A stretch of 64,000 bases of DNA from the NCBI GenBank assembly GCA_013695595.1, contig JACDAE010000804.1, positions 2,764-66,763 on the forward strand, read 5' to 3'. The notes below the pieces were generated by a model, which ran no database searches, had not been told where the DNA came from, and was given only the letters and a program-made list of their open reading frames with translations. This DNA is from Ktedonobacteraceae bacterium. GTDB lineage: Bacteria; Chloroflexota; Ktedonobacteria; Ktedonobacterales; Ktedonobacteraceae. Positions 34,676-44,112 of this stretch are shown in pieces (the first letter of the stretch is position 1; every line of letters starts with the position of its first letter). Made by a program: the position numbers and the translations under genes.

Positions 34676-35914
34676 TCAGCCTCCCTCTTGTTCTTTCAGG
34701 TTTTGCATTTCCTCAGAAGGAGATAATTCCATCGCTTGTCTTTCTTCCTTTGGTTGGAGATATGCTTCTGGAACACTATGAACGGGTTCTAAACGCCGCT
34801 GCAAGAGATGAATAGGAGCAAGAGTGCTATTCTTCAAGGTGGTATCGAGCTGACGCATAGCTTCCAAGGAAGGAGCAAGCGTCTGAGCATAGGCAGTCAT
34901 TGTCTTATTAAAGATCTTAATGACGTCATCCAGCTGGGAGCGTAAGGCATTCCATTGCTGATGGCCTTCAGCAAGATGGCGATAGATCTGTTGTTCATGC
35001 TTCAAAAGCTGTTCTACATTCTGAGCGCGACTTTCCACACTCCATCCATAGGCAATCACTTTGAGCAAGGTAAGCAAACTAATTGGGGATGCAAGCATAA
35101 CCTTCAGATTCATGCCGTATTCCATAAGAGCTGGATCGTGCTCAAGGGCAGCGCGAAACATGGCTTCCGAAGGGAGGAAAAGGACGACAAATTCGGGAGC
35201 ATTGCCCAGCTGCCAATACTCCTTCTGAGCCAGCTCTTTTATGTGTCGACGAACTGCACTTGTATAGATTTCCATATGCTTTGATATTCCGGTTTCTTCG
35301 ATCCTCTTTTGTGCAGTCAAATAGGTTTCCAAGGGGGCTTTCGCATCAATCGCAACACATCGATCTGGAGGAATGTAAATTATCACGTCTGGTCGCTGTT
35401 GGCGATCTAAAGAAGGGAAAGACTTCTGTGCTTCAAAGTCACATTCCTTCTCCATGCCTGCAAGTTTGAGGCAATTGAGCAATTGCAGCTCTCCCCACGT
35501 TCCCTGTTGTTTTGTCGTTCTAAGGGCTTTGCTGAGCGTGTTTACTTCCTGCTGGGTATGAAGCAATTCCGCTGTCACCTGGCCCTGAAGTGCTTTTGTC
35601 TGTTGCTCAAATGTATTACTAAAAAGTTTTTGCTGTTCGTGTAAGAGCCCCTGTTGTTGCTGAATCTGACCTTGCTGCTGTTGGATTTGGCCAAGAGCCT
35701 TTGTTAATTGCATGCGAAAGCTTCGTTGCCGCATTGCTGAGAGAACCAAAAGAATGAGCAACAATACACCTCCCACAGCAACAGCGCTTAACACAATAGG
35801 TCCCTCGTTCCTCATTGTCCATTCAAGCATTTCCAACTTCCTTCTACTCTTGGGTAGAACAACATCAAGTAGTGAAGATATGGTGAAATGAGTGTAAACT
35901 CCATCGTTTTTCAT
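34676..35914 (-). CDS. rmuC: DNA recombination protein RmuC
   Basis: N-terminal TM, Q-rich coiled coil, RPDVIIYIPPDRCVAIDAKAPLETY nuclease motif. Confidence 0.8.
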   Translation of the reverse strand: MKNDGVYTHFTISSLLDVVLPKSRRKLEMLEWTMRNEGPIVLSAVAVGGVLLLILLVLSAMRQRSFRMQLTKALGQIQQQQGQIQQQQGLLHEQQKLFSNTFEQQTKALQGQVTAELLHTQQEVNTLSKALRTTKQQGTWGELQLLNCLKLAGMEKECDFEAQKSFPSLDRQQRPDVIIYIPPDRCVAIDAKAPLETYLTAQKRIEETGISKHMEIYTSAVRRHIKELAQKEYWQLGNAPEFVVLFLPSEAMFRAALEHDPALMEYGMNLKVMLASPISLLTLLKVIAYGWSVESRAQNVEQLLKHEQQIYRHLAEGHQQWNALRSQLDDVIKIFNKTMTAYAQTLAPSLEAMRQLDTTLKNSTLAPIHLLQRRLEPVHSVPEAYLQPKEERQAMELSPSEEMQNLKEQEGG

Positions 35915-36043
35915 CTTCCTTCACCGGATAGTGTGGTTCTACCTACTTTTGAGCTGTCTCGGAAAAATAAGGGATCTGTACCTTGTATATAAGTACAATT
36001 CTTAATCTCTCACCGAATTATACAGTTTCAATAGCTAGGAACG

Positions 36044-36078
36044 GCAATACCCTCTACTTTTGTAGTAGAGGGTATTGC
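36044..36078 (-). terminator. hairpin terminator GCAATACCCTCTAC-7-GTAGAGGGTATTGC
   Basis: 14-bp perfect stem downstream of micro-ORF on minus strand. Confidence 0.6.
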
Positions 36079-36100
36079 TTGTTAAGTAATTGCTTATAAA

Positions 36101-36175
36101 CTAACGGCCACCATCGTCGTCGTCTTCTGGGTCATGTGGCGTGTCGGTGCACTCAAGTAGGTTCCAAAGCTTCAT
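36101..36175 (-). CDS. candidate micro-ORF, 24 aa, acidic C-terminal tail
   Basis: Hand-translated MKLWNLLECTDTPHDPEDDDDGGR; SD GGAAGGAG 9 nt upstream; between STAND stop and terminator. Confidence 0.4.
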   Translation of the reverse strand: MKLWNLLECTDTPHDPEDDDDGGR

Positions 36176-36267
36176 GTGATGTCTTCTCCTTCCAATACAA
36201 GAATAAGACCTTACCCAGATACAATTTTACACTATTTAGTACATTTTTTCAAGCCTTATGATATATT

Positions 36268-39200
36268 TCATTCAACAAATTGTGAGATGTATTTTCCCAA
36301 ATTGGAATCAGTTGCGAGCCGCCGATGAGGGATAGCTGGTTTCGTAATTCCTAATTCTGTTAAATCATCTAAATGATGCAGTCCGACTGACCCAACCATC
36401 ATCTGTTCAAAAGCTACTTTTTCCTCATCTAAAGCTTTGATAACAGAGAGATAGCCTCGGAGATAGACACTATCTTTGGCAGAGTATATTCCGGGCTGAT
36501 TAAGATGAGTAACACCTCGCCATGTGCGAAGACAACGATTTTGTGCGTTTCTTCGTGCACTTTCTTGGATCTCGGCAGCAGTCAGCGTCTTTTCTACAAG
36601 CAAGCTTCGTATTGTATTTACCTTTTCTAAGAACAAAAGTAGCTTCCTAAAAGTGAATGGATCACTGATTAGTCCTGATGCCAAGCCTGTAGCAAGAGTA
36701 CCGATCCAAGATTTATTTGGCTTACAACGGGATCCCTGCTGATCCACCTCTTGGGTATAATAGATTGCTAACCCTTCCTCAATTTCTAAAAATCCCTGGA
36801 GGCCAGCAGAAAGTATTGCTAAGGGAGATTTTTCTCCAGCGTTGGAGCGAAACGCATGTGTTTCAATCTCATGAGCCAGCAATTCTCTAATTTTTGCAAG
36901 ACTCACCCATTGTCCCTCTCCTGGCAATATAAGTTGTTGCAGATTTAGGCTAACACGAGCGTGGTCAGCAGTTAGATCGTGTTTGACCGTCCAGGGAAAT
37001 TGATATGTCCGAAAAACATCTGTAAAAAAGCGACCCACCGTCTCTGGTGAAAAAAGCGTCAGTGTCTCATCAACAGAAGTGTATTGGATCTCTGTTCTTT
37101 GCTCAGTTGGTACATCGGAGAGTTCTAAGCTCATTGGTTTAATTAGCCAGTGGCTCGTCTCCTGTATGATATGTTTGCTTAATTGCTCGGTCTCGTTATG
37201 TTGTAGTCCACGCCTTAATGTATCTGCAAGTTGACGAATTGCCAGTTCCATTTCCGCCATGCTTGGGCTAGAATTTATGCGCTGGTTATGGAACCAGAAA
37301 GCATCATCATCTTGACGTCCTGTAGCAGCAATCATATTTAACTCATCTAACCGCTCGTCAATTGTACCTAAGTAGAGCCGACGGACAAGCACATTAGGTT
37401 CGTGCTGCTCTATTTCTACTCTTAATAGTGAAAAATCTGTCAGCTTCGATTGTACCTCTGATTGTGGGATAAGCGGATAATGAAAAGAAGGCTCTCGTTG
37501 TTCCTCATAAGACTTCCCCAGCTCTCTTTTTCGAGATTGAGCAATAATTGCTGCTATACGCTTTGAGATATCTTCATCCTCTGGCTGTTGCACAATACTA
37601 TTCCACTCTAACAGTTCTTCTTCAGAAAATGGTCCCGCTGGAGTAAGCCATTTGATATCGCTATATGATGCAAGTTGATGATATCTTGGATACCAACGCC
37701 AGTCCAACTGGCGGCGAGGGTTGGCTTTATGCCAGCTCTCGATAGTTCGCAAACCTTCCGTTGCTGTTGCGGCTGATACCTCTCGTGAAGTTCCTCCAAC
37801 CAAGGGAATACCCTCAAGAAAAAGTGCTTTTGCTTCATCAAGTTTCCCTAACAATAGAAATAGTTTGCCTCTGTTGATAAGCAGCATCCCTTTTTCTTTA
37901 AGAGTGGAGTTTTGACCAGCATCTAACAATTGCTGTATTATCTGCAACGCACGGTCATTATACATTAGCGCTTCGTGAAAGTTTCCAACCTGGCCAAGCA
38001 GTTGACCATAATCATCATAAGAAACGGCGAGAGAACTTGGAATGACAAATCCTGCCTCTTTTAGCTTTAAGCATTCCTTCATTGAGTGACTGGCTGCTTC
38101 CAGGTCTCCTGTAGTTCGCTGATAATACGATAAGTCGTTAAGCTGTCTTGCTCTCTTAAAGCGCATATGGCTATGTTCTATAGGAGAGGCAAAACGCTCT
38201 TGTTGTTGTAGTAATTCAACACATTGTTGATGTACAGTAATAGCTTCTTGTCTGAGACGAAATGCATCCTTTCGCAATATTCCTGCTGATGCCTCATCTA
38301 TTTCTTTTTTAGCCAAAGCATCCTGGTGATCTCCCCACCGTCCTAACACATACGCCTGCCGATCAAGCAGATCTGTAAAAGTAGTTGGTTGAGTGCTTTG
38401 AAGATCCTTATACTCTTTGCATATCTCGTCAATTAATGACCAGGCTTCAGCATGCTGTTTAGCAGTTATCAGGTAGCGTAGTTTATGATGAACAAGATGG
38501 AATGTAGTACTTGGCTTAAGTCTGATGCTTTCTGTACTCATTACCTCATAGAGATACAGATATGCCTTTTTACGCTCAGCACTGCCCAGATCCTTGTCAA
38601 TTTCGCGAGCCAGCAAGTGGTGTTGTAAAAGCAGTCCTCCTACTTCTTCTTCTATAGAGCGGTGCCAGTTGGAGGAGCGCATGATTTCATCGGCGAGACG
38701 TGCAAGACGAGGGGCATGCCCAAACGCAAAGCTGAGCCACCCATACTCAATGAGGAGTTCAGCAGCCTCAAGGAAATGCCGCTGCTTGAGATGAGTAGCT
38801 GCCAGTTCGCTGATCAACATAGCCTGTTCCTGCTCGCTGCTGAACGTTCCCTGCTCCAGCCAGACTGTATAGGTGTGGATAAGCTGTTGTTCGGTCTCAG
38901 CTAGGCGCTTGTCTGCCTGAAGCTGGTGGATGGTCGCTTCACGCGCCAACGGCTGCAAAATCGCTCGTTCGTCCTGCTCCATGGTAGTACGATCAATCAG
39001 TGATGCCTGAAGCAACTCGGCGAACGCGTACTCTGCTTGTTGATTGATTTCCAGAAGGAGTGGGAATGGTAGTGCCATTGGGGTGGCCGCTAACGCTTCC
39101 AGAATCTGCAACGCATCATGTGAGAGTCGTCTGCCTATGACCTGCTGAAAAAGCTGGCGGGCCTCGACATCTGCGGTTCCAAAGATGTGCGTATCCGTCA

Positions 39201-40416
39201 GCAGCTGCTCGATGAGTTGTTGATGTTCGCTCTTTTTTTCTTGCGATGTTTTGTTGCGCTGCCATCCGAAAGAGAAACGGGGGCGCTGAAGGTTGGCCGC
39301 ACGTAGCTCGATCACAAGCGCATTCCCACCACAACGATCCGTAGCCTCTTGCAAGAGCTTTTCAGGAACATCGGTAAAACCTAACCGTTGCCAGATGCGG
39401 ATCCCAGCTTGTGGATCAAGTCGCGGCAATATTGCATCGTCCCCATCAACGACAAAGCTTCGCTCTCGTCCAGTCCATAGCGGCCATTGGCGTGTTGCCA
39501 GATAGATGAGCGCCTGGTGGTCTAATCGGAGGTACTCAGCGAAAAATTGTTGCCATTCGCGAGGAAGCTGGCCACGTTCATCCATGATGACCTGTGCGTC
39601 ATCAATAAGGAGGATAATACGCTGGTCCGTTTCTGCCAAGTGCTTCATTACCTGTTCAATGCGTTTGGCTAGTGGTGGTGTTTTACTTGCTTCCGGCTCC
39701 GAGACTTGTAATTCTGCGAGGATAGCTGCTAGAAACATATCTAGGTGATCAGTCGGTGTAATATCAGTAGCAGTCGAAAAGTTATAAAGAACAGGCCAAC
39801 ATTCTTCCCGATCCAGAAGGTTTTGCAATAAGAGCTTGATACCAGACGTCTTGCCAACGCCCATCATCCCCTGGATCACGACAAGCTTCTTTAGAGACGC
39901 TCCATCAAGATACGAAAGTGCCTTTGCCAGCCAAAGTTCTCGGCCAACAATATGGCTTGTGTCAAGAGAAACCTTTTTTCGAGCATTTGTCCCTACACTC
40001 GCTACTTCATCGTCCCCTATCTGACGACCTGATTTTGCATCCCGATCGATCTGTGCAAGTTGGATCTCCAACAATCGCCACTCACTCTCTGGTCGCAGTT
40101 TGGGTCTTTTGCGCTGAAGGCTCTCAATCTTTAGCCGAGCGAGACGAATAAAGGCATTCCTTTCCTGCGCTGAAATTTTGAAATCATTTCCTATGAGGGC
40201 AGAGTAAAGCGGTAAGAGTTCTTCAAATTGAAGGGCGCGTTTGCCTTTCTCAAGTTTCCGATACATATCTGGTGTTAAAGGAGCAATCCGGTGCTCTTCA
40301 AAGAAGTAAGAGAATGTCCCTACCAGCTCACTTTGTGGAATCTGCTCTCGCTCGCGCAAGTACCTTAAAAAAGCTCCAAGTGTATTGATATGCACTATCG
40401 GCGTTACTTTTTGCAT
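36268..40416 (-). CDS. HTH - NB-ARC STAND NTPase - TPR - DUF1704/MATCAP-like metallopeptidase fusion (1382 aa)
   Basis: HIVGRE...VVIQGMMGVGKTS, ILLIDDAQ, RCGGNALVIE (NB-ARC); C-terminal HEIETH (HExxxH), EIEEGLAIYY (QEGLA-like), SAKDSVYLRGY. Confidence 0.8.
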   Translation of the reverse strand: MQKVTPIVHINTLGAFLRYLREREQIPQSELVGTFSYFFEEHRIAPLTPDMYRKLEKGKRALQFEELLPLYSALIGNDFKISAQERNAFIRLARLKIESLQRKRPKLRPESEWRLLEIQLAQIDRDAKSGRQIGDDEVASVGTNARKKVSLDTSHIVGRELWLAKALSYLDGASLKKLVVIQGMMGVGKTSGIKLLLQNLLDREECWPVLYNFSTATDITPTDHLDMFLAAILAELQVSEPEASKTPPLAKRIEQVMKHLAETDQRIILLIDDAQVIMDERGQLPREWQQFFAEYLRLDHQALIYLATRQWPLWTGRERSFVVDGDDAILPRLDPQAGIRIWQRLGFTDVPEKLLQEATDRCGGNALVIELRAANLQRPRFSFGWQRNKTSQEKKSEHQQLIEQLLTDTHIFGTADVEARQLFQQVIGRRLSHDALQILEALAATPMALPFPLLLEINQQAEYAFAELLQASLIDRTTMEQDERAILQPLAREATIHQLQADKRLAETEQQLIHTYTVWLEQGTFSSEQEQAMLISELAATHLKQRHFLEAAELLIEYGWLSFAFGHAPRLARLADEIMRSSNWHRSIEEEVGGLLLQHHLLAREIDKDLGSAERKKAYLYLYEVMSTESIRLKPSTTFHLVHHKLRYLITAKQHAEAWSLIDEICKEYKDLQSTQPTTFTDLLDRQAYVLGRWGDHQDALAKKEIDEASAGILRKDAFRLRQEAITVHQQCVELLQQQERFASPIEHSHMRFKRARQLNDLSYYQRTTGDLEAASHSMKECLKLKEAGFVIPSSLAVSYDDYGQLLGQVGNFHEALMYNDRALQIIQQLLDAGQNSTLKEKGMLLINRGKLFLLLGKLDEAKALFLEGIPLVGGTSREVSAATATEGLRTIESWHKANPRRQLDWRWYPRYHQLASYSDIKWLTPAGPFSEEELLEWNSIVQQPEDEDISKRIAAIIAQSRKRELGKSYEEQREPSFHYPLIPQSEVQSKLTDFSLLRVEIEQHEPNVLVRRLYLGTIDERLDELNMIAATGRQDDDAFWFHNQRINSSPSMAEMELAIRQLADTLRRGLQHNETEQLSKHIIQETSHWLIKPMSLELSDVPTEQRTEIQYTSVDETLTLFSPETVGRFFTDVFRTYQFPWTVKHDLTADHARVSLNLQQLILPGEGQWVSLAKIRELLAHEIETHAFRSNAGEKSPLAILSAGLQGFLEIEEGLAIYYTQEVDQQGSRCKPNKSWIGTLATGLASGLISDPFTFRKLLLFLEKVNTIRSLLVEKTLTAAEIQESARRNAQNRCLRTWRGVTHLNQPGIYSAKDSVYLRGYLSVIKALDEEKVAFEQMMVGSVGLHHLDDLTELGITKPAIPHRRLATDSNLGKYISQFVE

Positions 40417-40600
40417 TCCCTAATTTTCCTCCTGGGCTATGCATGCCAGAGCAAGGTATCTATCTGCCTGAACAAACTTTCTATGCCAGTATAGCATACT
40501 TCGACCAGACGGCCACCCTCTGGGCATGCAAGCGTGTAGTTTTCCAGCAAGATCTGTTCATCTTCCTGTTCGCAAGGAGTGTACCAGAAATTTCTTATGG

Positions 40601-40624
40601 CTAATGGCTGCTAGCGGCCATTAG
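40601..40624. promoter_or_regulatory. M-site 3: near-perfect 24-bp palindrome
   Basis: CTAATGGCTGC-TA-GCGGCCATTAG. Confidence 0.6.
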
Positions 40625-40775
40625 CGCTTTCCAAAGAGCCATTCCTTCTCTCTAAATAACCTTGCTCTCCTGTCTCGATGCGCTTGTGAAGGTCTTTCTT
40701 CGGCATCTCACTTTGGGAGACCACCTTTGCAACAGAGAGTTTATAAGAGCTTACCAGTAGCCAATAGAAATTGAC

Positions 40776-40795
40776 AAATGGCCGTGAGCGGCCAT
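40776..40795. promoter_or_regulatory. M-site 4 between a TTGACA -35 box and a -10-like box
   Basis: TTGACA(40771)AATGGCCGTGAGCGGCCATCATA. Confidence 0.55.
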
Positions 40796-41013
40796 CATAC
40801 ACACCCCCAAGCCTGCTAAACTAAATTTCAGATGGTGGGCAATGAGATTTCGAGAACGACCTTACCCGTCACGCTGGTTGAACCGCCATCTACTTCTTAA
40901 ATATTGAAACATATACGTATATAACAAAACCAAGTGGAGAGGGTATTTACGAACTGTTGTTGCAAGAATCCCACAAGGGGTTACGAATCAAAACCAACCA
41001 AGAGGTGTAACAG

Positions 41014-41202
41014 ATGACAAATATGGAAACTTCTGTAGAAGGCAACATTTTGACTATCAAGGTAGATCTGACGAAAGAATATGGACTTACCAGTAGCCAA
41101 AAGTCTATCAAAGTTGCCAGCTCAGACGGGAACATTTCTGTTCCAGGACGCGAAGATATCAAATTGGGTTTGAACATCTACAAGCCCACCAACACAAAGT
41201 AA
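41014..41202 (+). CDS. hypothetical small protein
   Basis: 62-aa ORF after about 200-nt leader. Confidence 0.45.
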   Translation: MTNMETSVEGNILTIKVDLTKEYGLTSSQKSIKVASSDGNISVPGREDIKLGLNIYKPTNTK

Positions 41203-41207
41203 CAAGT

Positions 41208-41254
41208 GGGCTCGTTGGGGGACGTCAACTAACAGGCAGTCGCCCCGGCGAGCC
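41208..41254 (+). terminator. GC-rich hairpin after small gene (no U-tract)
   Basis: GGGCTCGTTGGGGGAC...GTCGCCCCGGCGAGCC. Confidence 0.35.
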
Positions 41255-41498
41255 AAACCGAGTCTTATGCGTCCAACGTAGTGTGCCCAAGGGGAGCCAA
41301 CCCGACCAAGAGCGTCTCCCCCCTAAGCTCCATCAAATACCGAGACCGACTGGCCTCAGGTGGTATCTGGCTTGACAGCAGTAAACCACAAATGCCATTG
41401 CCGGTCAAATATAACAAACTTTCTAGTAATTTGAGAGGCATCATGAGCTAGACGTAGCGCCCACCGCCTAGGAGCATGAAGAGAAAGGATGACCGACC

Positions 41499-42248
41499 AT
41501 GGCAGCATCAGCAGGAACCATGAAATCAACCATTCGCCGAGACCAGCATCCACTTGGGGGAGGAACCACACAGACTCCAATTGTACAACGTAGCAGCTTA
41601 TCAGCTCGTCAACGGAATGCGCTCCATCAGACACCCAAGGATGCCACACAAAAATACATGACGAGCGTAGCAGATATTGAGGAGGAACTGACCACTTCTC
41701 ACACAGACAATCTTGTTGACGAGCCTATCACACGATCCGGGAGCCGACAAACACACCTCGTCTCTATAGACTATTCCAACCAGCAGGCATCCTCCCGTCA
41801 GATACCCTGGAAATGGATCGCTCTCGGGATCAGTGTTCCCATCCTTGCCTATACTCTTCTCTTTCTTATCGTCCTGGCATGCCTGAATATCGGCAACACC
41901 ATGAGCTATGGACCAATACATACGGCCTACGTGCACACAACCATTGACAGTCAGCCGAGCATGATCCAAAGCACGATCGTCAATGGCACCGTGTATATCA
42001 CGCTCTTCCAGATACAGCCAGATGGCAGCACACACACAAAGATGTACATCGGTCCAACCCTGGATCCCAGCGCATGGAACAACGATCTGGGAAGCATTGT
42101 GACCGCCGCCGAGGTGAAGAAGGATCAAACGATCATCATCCATCTCACTGGAAATATTAATTACTTCCACCTGCTCTTTGCCCGGCCAACCTACACCTTT
42201 TCTCTGGTAGCGGACAAGCAGGGAACCTATAAAGTTATTCAGCCCTGA
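41499..42248 (+). CDS. single-pass membrane protein
   Basis: WKWIALGISVPILAYTLLFLIVLACL TM segment. Confidence 0.55.
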   Translation: MAASAGTMKSTIRRDQHPLGGGTTQTPIVQRSSLSARQRNALHQTPKDATQKYMTSVADIEEELTTSHTDNLVDEPITRSGSRQTHLVSIDYSNQQASSRQIPWKWIALGISVPILAYTLLFLIVLACLNIGNTMSYGPIHTAYVHTTIDSQPSMIQSTIVNGTVYITLFQIQPDGSTHTKMYIGPTLDPSAWNNDLGSIVTAAEVKKDQTIIIHLTGNINYFHLLFARPTYTFSLVADKQGTYKVIQP

Positions 42249-42255
42249 CACACTT

Positions 42256-42278
42256 TACAAAAACAGACGTTTCTCTAC
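42256..42278. promoter_or_regulatory. S-site 10
   Basis: TACAAAAACAGACGTTTCTCTAC, 16 bp before ATG 42294. Confidence 0.55.
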
Positions 42279-42293
42279 GGGAAAGAGCAGGTC

Positions 42294-42626
42294 ATGATTG
42301 ACCAACACCCAGGACTCGTCTTCATAGACGGCATCGCTATAGGCATACTTCTCATGGTTTGGATCATTCATCTGTACCAGATCATGAAGAGGCACACCAC
42401 CAGACGAAGTCAGGCCATCGAGGAGCGTGTAGCGCTCAAAGCGCTGGAAGCAAGTCCTGTTGAGATAGATGACGATCGTATGCTGTGCCCTATTTGCTGG
42501 GAGAGCAAGCATCCCGGTCAGGCCTGGAGCTTACGCATAGGCTCACACTGTAGGGAGCATCTGCTCACAGGTACTCCCTCGGATAAGAACCGGGAGGGAT
42601 ATCAGGAATATGCGCTTCAGTACTAA
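42294..42626 (+). CDS. small membrane protein with CPICW Cys motif
   Basis: N-terminal TM; preferred over antisense ORF 42255..42512 because of operon direction and S-site. Confidence 0.45.
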   Translation: MIDQHPGLVFIDGIAIGILLMVWIIHLYQIMKRHTTRRSQAIEERVALKALEASPVEIDDDRMLCPICWESKHPGQAWSLRIGSHCREHLLTGTPSDKNREGYQEYALQY

Positions 42627-42682
42627 CAGATCAACACGAAGTACAAGAAAGGAGTCAGAAACCACCAATGCAAATTTTCTTT

Positions 42683-42816
42683 TCTCTACCCTACGTCCCC
42701 CCACTGGGTAGAGCAACGAAATAGATAAGACGATGAGCGACCAGAGTAGGCAAAAACGCAAAGGGCGAACAGTCTACGGGGAGAGCAGGGGGAGACAACG
42801 GGTGGACTTTTCCCCC
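42683..42816 (+). other. G/C-hairpin element B
   Basis: CTCTACCCTACGTCCCCCCACTGGGTAGAGCAA...GGGGAGAGCAGGGGGAG, related to element A. Confidence 0.45.
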
Positions 42817-42835
42817 ATATCACAAAAATACAAGG

Positions 42836-44110
42836 ATGAAAGAAAGGACTTATTACTTTATGAGCATGACCGTACCAGCAACACCATCAAACATCATTGA
42901 TTTAACCGGACAAAGAATTGATCTCACCAATTGGGCAGGTTGGGCTTCCTGGTGGGAGGGATCACTCGACATGGGATCGGGAATTACGACAGGATGCTTA
43001 CAGCCTGTCCGAGTCATTAACAAGGAACGGGTAGAGCGCGGGCAAATCTTCCGTCTCTCCATGCCATCCGTCGTCGACACTGGAGAAAAATCACTCACAC
43101 GTATCGCCAACGCACGTGTCGCGCCAAAGAACAAACCCGCGTCTGCTTTGGGAGCCGGAGAGTTCGTTCATCGGATGCCAAACGAACGGTTTGAACATCT
43201 TGTAGGAGACCTCGCAAACCTTGAAGGGGAACATCCAACGGATATGAAGGGCGTCCCGGCACGCTACTGGGGCGAACACATCAAGGTCATCGCACAAACA
43301 GTCTTTGGAGCCATCATCCCCGACCTCAAGGCCGAAATCAGAATGAACTTCTGCATGCCCTTTAGCTTATACACCCCCGAAAATAAGGAGATAGCTACGG
43401 CAAACCTGGATAACCTGTACTATTGTTATGTGAACGAAGTCTACCACGAACTGGACATTCGAGTAGGAAGCGTCATTCCCGAAGGGTACGCCGCGATCCG
43501 ACGCTACGGAGACAGAAATGGGAATAACGTCGCCATAGACATAGGCGACCGAACAACCGAGATCATTTTCGCAAAAGGGTATCAACTCAGTTCTCGCGAC
43601 AGCGACGGAAAGCTTTATGGAGTGCGCCAAGTCATCGAAGCCATCCAGGAAGAGTTCGCTACGACCCATGGAAAGAGTCTTGAAATTGAGGACGTACGCG
43701 TTCTCCTGAAAGCCTACACCTCTCGCGTTCGCTTACCACGACTCAAAGTTCCCAGAGGGGGCGTAGACGGATACCTGGACAGCGATGCTCAATACGAGAT
43801 CATATCTCGCAAAATCTTCCCGGTTGCACGTGCATTAGCGACATTTACTCGCGCAACACTCAACAAAGAAGGTTCAGAGATCGGGTCCAACCTGGACACC
43901 GCCACGATCTACGGTGGAGGTGGATATCTCTTCTACAGCCCACTCAGGGACGGTATTACGGGAGATCCCGAACTGGAAAATGGGGTGCTTGATCTGTACC
44001 TGCCACCAGAAGCCGAATACTTGAATGCCAGCTACATGCTGGAAGCCGTTGCGACACAGACAAAAATCGCCATGGATAGAAACATCAATCTATGGGAGAG
44101 GAAGAGGTAG
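42836..44110 (+). CDS. actin-like ATPase (ParM/Alp family)
   Basis: Phosphate-1 LDMGSGITT, phosphate-2 IDIGDRTTEII, adenosine IYGGGGYLF. Confidence 0.7.
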   Translation: MKERTYYFMSMTVPATPSNIIDLTGQRIDLTNWAGWASWWEGSLDMGSGITTGCLQPVRVINKERVERGQIFRLSMPSVVDTGEKSLTRIANARVAPKNKPASALGAGEFVHRMPNERFEHLVGDLANLEGEHPTDMKGVPARYWGEHIKVIAQTVFGAIIPDLKAEIRMNFCMPFSLYTPENKEIATANLDNLYYCYVNEVYHELDIRVGSVIPEGYAAIRRYGDRNGNNVAIDIGDRTTEIIFAKGYQLSSRDSDGKLYGVRQVIEAIQEEFATTHGKSLEIEDVRVLLKAYTSRVRLPRLKVPRGGVDGYLDSDAQYEIISRKIFPVARALATFTRATLNKEGSEIGSNLDTATIYGGGGYLFYSPLRDGITGDPELENGVLDLYLPPEAEYLNASYMLEAVATQTKIAMDRNINLWERKR

Positions 44111-44112
44111 GT

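Noticed and set aside
40611-40802. ORF 40611..40802 (-), 63 aa in the STAND upstream region
   Set aside because: It spans both M-site palindromes and a predicted promoter, with no SD. It is more likely regulatory DNA.
40800-41013. Possible riboswitch in the 200-nt leader of gene 41014
   Set aside because: A helix GATGGTGG...CCGCCATC can be drawn, but I cannot match any known riboswitch consensus by eye. This needs Infernal/Rfam.
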